From positions 160,001 to 224,000 of the forward strand of contig CAVUCU010000007.1 of the NCBI GenBank assembly GCA_963740085.1: a stretch of 64,000 nucleotides of DNA. The letters run 5' to 3'. Every line of letters begins with the position of its first letter. Position 1 is the first letter of the stretch. A program made the position numbers and the translations under genes. Below, piece by piece: positions 58,190-64,000 of the stretch. Origin of the DNA: Nitrospirota bacterium. Its GTDB lineage: Bacteria > Nitrospirota > UBA9217. Below the pieces are notes generated by a model. It was not told where the DNA came from. It did not search any database and saw nothing but the letters and a program-made list of their open reading frames with translations.

Positions 58190-58261
58190 GACGCCTCCTT
58201 CAATTCCCGTAGTCAGGAGCCCTCCTGGCTTCTGCTCCTGGCTTCTGTTCTCTCTGCTGTT

Positions 58262-59220
<959 letters not shown>

Positions 59221-59236
59221 AGCAATGCCCGTGCCA
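59221..59236 (-). promoter_or_regulatory. sigma54 promoter (nifH operon)
   Basis: TGGCACGGGCATTGCT; IHF consensus AATCAA-TGCA-TTG at 59264-59276. Confidence 0.9.
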
Positions 59237-59431
59237 GGATCAATACGGGAGCGCCCTTCACCTCAATGCATTGATTTTATGCCGGCTTTGTTGGTGAGCG
59301 GTCCTGGCTCGCGAGTAAACGAAAATATTAATGCGACGCGCTTTTAATCACCGGCATAGAAAATAAGCACAAAGCGTGATTAACTATGGGAACGAGTCAG
59401 GGTATTTATGCAAATCCCATTCATTCAAATC

Positions 59432-59460
59432 TTGACAAAGGAACAACGAACCGCTATTAT
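59432..59460 (+). promoter_or_regulatory. sigma70 promoter
   Basis: TTGACA-N17-TATTAT. Confidence 0.6.
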
Positions 59461-59517
59461 TTTGAACCGGTCGTAACATATCGCTGTGTGTAAGTCTTTA
59501 TTCGTTCAAAAAACGAG

Positions 59518-60546
59518 GTGATCGTGATTGCCAGAAAAGCATCTATGCTTCTCTTCCTGATATTTTTTTTGTTCCCCCTAACCTGCGTTGCAGGGTACCT
59601 CGATAACAGCGGTGATGACGAGCCGGATATTAATGCGGCCCTGGGGGTCCAGGGGTGGTTTTCCCAGGCAGACGCGAAGTGGCAGATATCCTTTCCCTAT
59701 ACCACCGCGGCTGGTGTTGCGGGTAAGATCGAGTCAAGGCTGGATTACCGAAAGATCGACAGCCCACTGGTCATCGCAACGGCTGGCGGGAACGTGGCGC
59801 CGCGATTTGCATTTGATGTGGTATATGGATTCGGGTCGATCACGGGAGGCCGGGGAACGGATACAGACCGTTTTCTTCCGTCATCGGGTGGAGGCGTTGA
59901 ATTCTCAAAGTCAACAAACAGCCTCGACGGTGATGTACGGCTCTGGGGCATCAACTTCTACTACAATACCAGCCGGTTCGCTGATACGCAGGCCGGCCCC
60001 TGGGGTTTTGTGCTGGGTTTTCTCCATTACGGGGACAACCTTCGGATGACAAACGCCGTGCAAACTGTTTCCGTGCCCTTCGACGGGACCATCTTTCCTT
60101 TACTCGGACCCTTCCCGGCGAACCAGGTGCTCAACTCTACCTACGATTTTTCCTGGAACCTGTTGAAGACGGGAGTAGTGAACCATGCGGAGCTGACAGA
60201 AGGTCTTACGTATACCGGTACGCTCTCGATCTTTCCCTATGTGGACTACCAGGGGGAGGGATATTGGAACCTGCGCGCCGGAACGAATCCGTCGGATTTC
60301 AGACTTCAATCGCCTAACTTTATTCAGAAGTCAAAAAAAGGGTATGGATATGAAATATCGCTGGGGTTGGGGTATGATATTTGGGAGAATGTGGAACTGT
60401 CGGCAGGATACCGGTATATGTACCTCTATGCGGGCAACGGGACCGATACGGTCTATTTCGCGGACGGTTCCACAGTCGAATCAACCCTCGACTGGGTGAC
60501 CGTTTCCCGGCACGGGGCATATGCCGAATTGTTTTTCAGATTTTGA
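59518..60546 (+). CDS. Outer-membrane beta-barrel protein (possibly omptin-like)
   Basis: Signal peptide, amphipathic aromatic strands, ESRLDY, GEGYWNLR and the C-terminal beta-signal YAELFFRF. Confidence 0.65.
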   Translation: MIVIARKASMLLFLIFFLFPLTCVAGYLDNSGDDEPDINAALGVQGWFSQADAKWQISFPYTTAAGVAGKIESRLDYRKIDSPLVIATAGGNVAPRFAFDVVYGFGSITGGRGTDTDRFLPSSGGGVEFSKSTNSLDGDVRLWGINFYYNTSRFADTQAGPWGFVLGFLHYGDNLRMTNAVQTVSVPFDGTIFPLLGPFPANQVLNSTYDFSWNLLKTGVVNHAELTEGLTYTGTLSIFPYVDYQGEGYWNLRAGTNPSDFRLQSPNFIQKSKKGYGYEISLGLGYDIWENVELSAGYRYMYLYAGNGTDTVYFADGSTVESTLDWVTVSRHGAYAELFFRF

Positions 60547-60554
60547 TGGAGAAA

Positions 60555-61385
60555 CTAAAACCTCGGCAGTGGATCGGACAGCGTGCCGCCAAGACTGAAC
60601 TGATAGAACCCCTCGGCATCCTTGTTCTTTAAGAGAGCTACGAGCCCCTCCTGTTCCCTCGCCAAACGCTCCGACAGCTTGAGCTTCACCGTCAGATTGA
60701 GCGCGCCACGCTCGCGCAAGATCAGGTCACCCAGACACCGAACCTTCAGTTCCTTGCCCTCGAGCTCCAGCTTTTTGATCGTCAGGCGGTCACCTTTGAC
60801 CTCCGCCTCAAGCCAGCACTGTTCAAAGTCAAGGTCCGGGATAGAGAACCCCTTGATCTTCAATTCCCGGGAGGCCAACCCCTTGAGCCACAACCTCCCT
60901 TTGCCCGAATCGCCGGTCATCTCGAAGTTCCCGCCCAATTTGCCTGACAGCTTGAGACCAAAATCCTTCAGCAATGCGTATGACCCGACATCCAGCCCGT
61001 TGCCGTCAACCAGAAGATACTGTCTTCCTGGCCTATCCTGTACCTTCACCAGAAGCTCACCGCCGTAGGCCTGTGCCTTCATGTCAAGCGAGGACCGCCC
61101 GCGAAGCAGATTGAAAAGCGAGATCGTGGTCCTGACGGACGGGCTCTCGAACAAAACCCTGCCGGACTTTTCCGACACGACCACATCCGAAAGTACGAAG
61201 CGATTGAAGAACCGGGGCGAAATGCGCGTAACGGAGAGAACAAACGGCGTGCGCAGGCGGACCTCGGATTCCAGTTTTGTCTTGACCCGGTCAAAGGGGA
61301 AGAGCAAAAGAAGAAAGACCAGAAATGCCGCAACGAAATACGCGGTAAATGACAGCCTTCGGATGAGTGTTTTTTTATCGGGCAT
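60555..61385 (-). CDS. gspN: Type II secretion protein GspN
   Basis: N-terminal TM with FPFD, AYGG and C-terminal LGGTLSDP; follows gspKLM. Confidence 0.75.
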   Translation of the reverse strand: MPDKKTLIRRLSFTAYFVAAFLVFLLLLFPFDRVKTKLESEVRLRTPFVLSVTRISPRFFNRFVLSDVVVSEKSGRVLFESPSVRTTISLFNLLRGRSSLDMKAQAYGGELLVKVQDRPGRQYLLVDGNGLDVGSYALLKDFGLKLSGKLGGNFEMTGDSGKGRLWLKGLASRELKIKGFSIPDLDFEQCWLEAEVKGDRLTIKKLELEGKELKVRCLGDLILRERGALNLTVKLKLSERLAREQEGLVALLKNKDAEGFYQFSLGGTLSDPLPRF

Positions 61386-61407
61386 GATTTGAAATATTTC
61401 GACTGTC

Positions 61408-61908
61408 CTACTCGGCGCTTGAAACAAGGATCGTTGCGTTCAGCACTTTGGGATTATCAAACCGGGGCTTGAAGTTCAGCTTCTTGATCCGAAGCCCGTC
61501 CTGCTCGAGCTGATAAAGGTAACTCACAATATCGTAGAGCGTAACGCTATCGAGTCTTATCTCGACGATGCTCTCCTTGAACTCCTCGGTCTGGACTCCC
61601 TCCTGCGGCTTGAGAGATACGATTTTACTGCCCAGATTCGCCCGTTTGGTGATATTCTCGATCTCGGTCAGCAGCGGGCCGCGCTTCGCCGCAGCAGCCT
61701 GTGCCTGCTGCAGGCGCTTCTGCATCTCAAGGTACTGTTCCTTGAGCACGCGCATCTCCACCAGGTCCCGTTCCTTCTTCGGGAGCAGCTCGCGTTTTCG
61801 GTCCAGATCGGACGTCAGCGGAGACACCACGAATACATAGAGCAGGATGATTGCCGCCACTATCCCGCCGATGATGAGCGTTTTCTTATCTCTTTGTTCC
61901 AGTTTCAA
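61408..61908 (-). CDS. gspM: Type II secretion protein GspM
   Basis: LEQRDK + TM + coiled coil + IVSYLYQLE. Confidence 0.8.
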   Translation of the reverse strand: MKLEQRDKKTLIIGGIVAAIILLYVFVVSPLTSDLDRKRELLPKKERDLVEMRVLKEQYLEMQKRLQQAQAAAAKRGPLLTEIENITKRANLGSKIVSLKPQEGVQTEEFKESIVEIRLDSVTLYDIVSYLYQLEQDGLRIKKLNFKPRFDNPKVLNATILVSSAE

Positions 61909-61935
61909 GGAATACCCCTGGATATGATCTTACGT

Positions 61936-63270
61936 TCACAACGTCTGTTTCAATTTAATTTCGAAACGGAATTTCACCTTGTTGTCCACTCCCATGCGCG
62001 TGTCCAGCACGGCTACCTCGGCAAACAGCGGCGACTTCTGGAGCTCGGCCTTCATCTTGTCCATGGAATCGAAAGACGCCGCCTCGCCCTGGAGCTTCAG
62101 CCGGTCCCCTTCCATGTTGAACTCCTGAAAGCTCACCCGGACCTCCTTGGGGATCCCCTCGGTCACCGCCTTCATTACGTCGAGCGCCGACATCCCCGTG
62201 CCGAGCACACCGAACTTCTTTTTTGCTTCGTCAAGCCTGGTGCGAAGCTGCCGCACGGGGTCGACAATGACCTTGGCGTCAGGAAAGGTCTGACGGTATA
62301 TCGCGTTGATCTCGCGATCAAGCTTCCCGTAGCTAGACTCGACGAGGTACGACTTTACTCCGATGTTCGCCGCGACAAGCGCCACCGCAATAACGCCGGC
62401 GATAATAAGGGTGCGTTTTCTCTTGCGTATGCCTATGTCGACCATGCGATACGCGAACTCCCCCTTGCGGAAGTTGGTTTGCTCGGACAACGCGAGCCCG
62501 AGACTCACCGGGTCGTCGGCCTTCTTCCCCCTGAACTCAGGTGTAACATACTCCACGGCAACTCCGAGGTCGGCAAGCGATGCACTCAAACGGTCGTTCG
62601 GGGACAACAGGTATGCCTTCTCCACCCGCTCGCCGCCGTCGCCTTCGATCGCCTTCAGCGTGTGGTCGATCGCCGCGGTGGGTTGAACGCTCGAAAAGCT
62701 CCTGCAGGCGGTTATCGAACTTCCTGACTTCGTGCAAAGGTCGCTGCCGTCGATCAGGACAGCACTTCCCTCCACGGGGACCATCTTCGAAACAAAATAG
62801 AGGCCGATATAGGAAGGTACAATGACCTGCGGATCAATACCGGCCGAGGCAAGAAGATCGAGGTGCCGTCGCAGTACCGACTTGGGCAGCAGCATGCCAA
62901 GCACCGATGCCTCTGTCTTTTTATCGGCATTTTTTCCCGCCTTGTCCAGGATAAAGTGATCGATCTCTACATCGTCAAGAGGAAAGGGCAGGCTGTCCTC
63001 GATCTCGAAGGGCAGGGCCTTTTCAATGCGTTTGCGGTCGACGAAGGGGAAGTGGACGATACGCTGGCTGAAATGGCGGCCGGGGATCGAAGAGACGATC
63101 CGGGCGCCTGCCCATTCCGCGGACTTCTCTTTCAGGATATCTACCAGTTCCGCATCGGTGGCAAAGGCGCGGTTGAAAGAGTCTATGAACTCTGTTTTTT
63201 GACGCAGGCCGGTCACGACGACCGACACGGCCACCCGTCCTTGATCGATGTTCAGCCCGACGATCTTCAC
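61936..63270 (-). CDS. gspL: Type II secretion protein GspL (PilM/PilN-like)
   Basis: LPFEIEDSLPFPLDD, NFRKGEF, a TM helix and VDPVRQL. Confidence 0.82.
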   Translation of the reverse strand: MKIVGLNIDQGRVAVSVVVTGLRQKTEFIDSFNRAFATDAELVDILKEKSAEWAGARIVSSIPGRHFSQRIVHFPFVDRKRIEKALPFEIEDSLPFPLDDVEIDHFILDKAGKNADKKTEASVLGMLLPKSVLRRHLDLLASAGIDPQVIVPSYIGLYFVSKMVPVEGSAVLIDGSDLCTKSGSSITACRSFSSVQPTAAIDHTLKAIEGDGGERVEKAYLLSPNDRLSASLADLGVAVEYVTPEFRGKKADDPVSLGLALSEQTNFRKGEFAYRMVDIGIRKRKRTLIIAGVIAVALVAANIGVKSYLVESSYGKLDREINAIYRQTFPDAKVIVDPVRQLRTRLDEAKKKFGVLGTGMSALDVMKAVTEGIPKEVRVSFQEFNMEGDRLKLQGEAASFDSMDKMKAELQKSPLFAEVAVLDTRMGVDNKVKFRFEIKLKQTL

Positions 63271-64000
63271 AACGCTCTCCAGTAATTTACGGTAAATCCT
63301 GAATTTGACCGCGTAATAACAGCCTCGACCTGTTTTGTATATCCTCCCACGGTTGCGTAGGAATACACCTTGAAAACATTGCTCGTTTCAGTCAAAAAAT
63401 TTGCAACCTGCAAGGTCGTGGACGGCAAAAAAGTGCTGTTGATACCGGGGAAGTCGCTGACCTTCGCGTGGTCGGTAAAGGGCGCTTTCTTTCGCTCTTC
63501 GATGATCAAGCCCGCCGCTCCTGAGTTTATCCCAAGGCTTTGCAGCACTTCCGCGGACGCGGTATTGATGTCAATCCTATCCACCTGGCTGGTTGTCACA
63601 AAATCTTTCACTTTGTTGTAATCTTCATCGCTCATGTATTGATGCAAACCCGTCAACAACCCGATATTCTTTATTCCGCTGGTATTCTGGGTCATGTTAT
63701 CGAGAACGACGCGGTCAATGCCATTATTCTCAAAAAGGGCGCTCAGCATGGCCTGCCTGTATGGGTTCGTCTGCATATCGGTGATCCTTATCTTCCCCGC
63801 TTCATCGTCCCACTTTACCCTGAGTTCCACATCGTTTCCCGGCAAAAAAGGGACTGGCTGCCATTCCTGTTGTTCGAGATTGTCATAGATACTGGCCGTT
63901 CCCGTCACACCAGAACTGAGGTTGGCGGCGAGAAATCTTCCAACGAAATTTACGCCCGAGCGCGCAAGGTAGTAGGCGCGCTGGCTATTGCGAAAATTGA
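63267..64000 (-). CDS. gspK: Type II secretion pseudopilin GspK, 5' end outside window
   Basis: In-frame upstream NFRNSQRAYYLARSGV, DEAGKI and IDINTASAEVLQSL. Confidence 0.82.
   Translation of the reverse strand, partial: NFRNSQRAYYLARSGVNFVGRFLAANLSSGVTGTASIYDNLEQQEWQPVPFLPGNDVELRVKWDDEAGKIRITDMQTNPYRQAMLSALFENNGIDRVVLDNMTQNTSGIKNIGLLTGLHQYMSDEDYNKVKDFVTTSQVDRIDINTASAEVLQSLGINSGAAGLIIEERKKAPFTDHAKVSDFPGINSTFLPSTTLQVANFLTETSNVFKVYSYATVGGYTKQVEAVITRSNSGFTVNYWRAL

Noticed and set aside
47525-58260. Short repeats considered as a CRISPR array
   Set aside because: There are no identical 23-47-nt repeats with regular unique spacers, and no cas genes.

Overview
This is a ~55% GC bacterial chromosomal window. 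Gene content points to an anaerobic or microaerophilic diderm of the Nitrospirota/Desulfobacterota type (inference). It has five blocks. (1) 1-6.9 kb: a 3'-truncated acyl-CoA dehydratase activase fusion with a structured leader, a TPR gene, fdhE and nhaD. (2) 7.2-20.9 kb: an acetate module with acs, actP plus its small subunit, a coupled cNMP-CBS-DUF294 nucleotidyltransferase/DEDDh exonuclease pair, and a CbrX-CbrA-CbrB-like SLC5 sensor kinase system. (3) 21-30.8 kb: envelope and housekeeping genes, including a 7-POTRA Omp85, SurA-N and DAHP synthase. (4) 31-59.4 kb: a ~28-kb nitrogen island with ntrBC, three Amt, six PII-family genes, a beta-barrel porin, an embedded Per/Fur-boxed oxidative-stress operon, and Mo-nitrogenase genes nifH-D-K-tsup-EN-X-I1-I2-fdxB and nifB-hesA-orf-nifV. 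(5) 59.5-64 kb: an outer-membrane barrel and gspK-L-M-N. Five sigma54 promoters share one architecture: tandem 17-bp enhancer sites, an IHF-like site and a -24/-12 box. The most novel-looking signals are a collinear ~116-nt structured leader shared by nifH and the porin-amt operon, the DUF294/exonuclease pair, and small palindromic repeats in almost every nif intergenic gap and inside NifEN. nifD, one PII gene and one amt carry frameshifts that look like long-read consensus errors. I found no CRISPR array, rRNA, tRNA or transposase.
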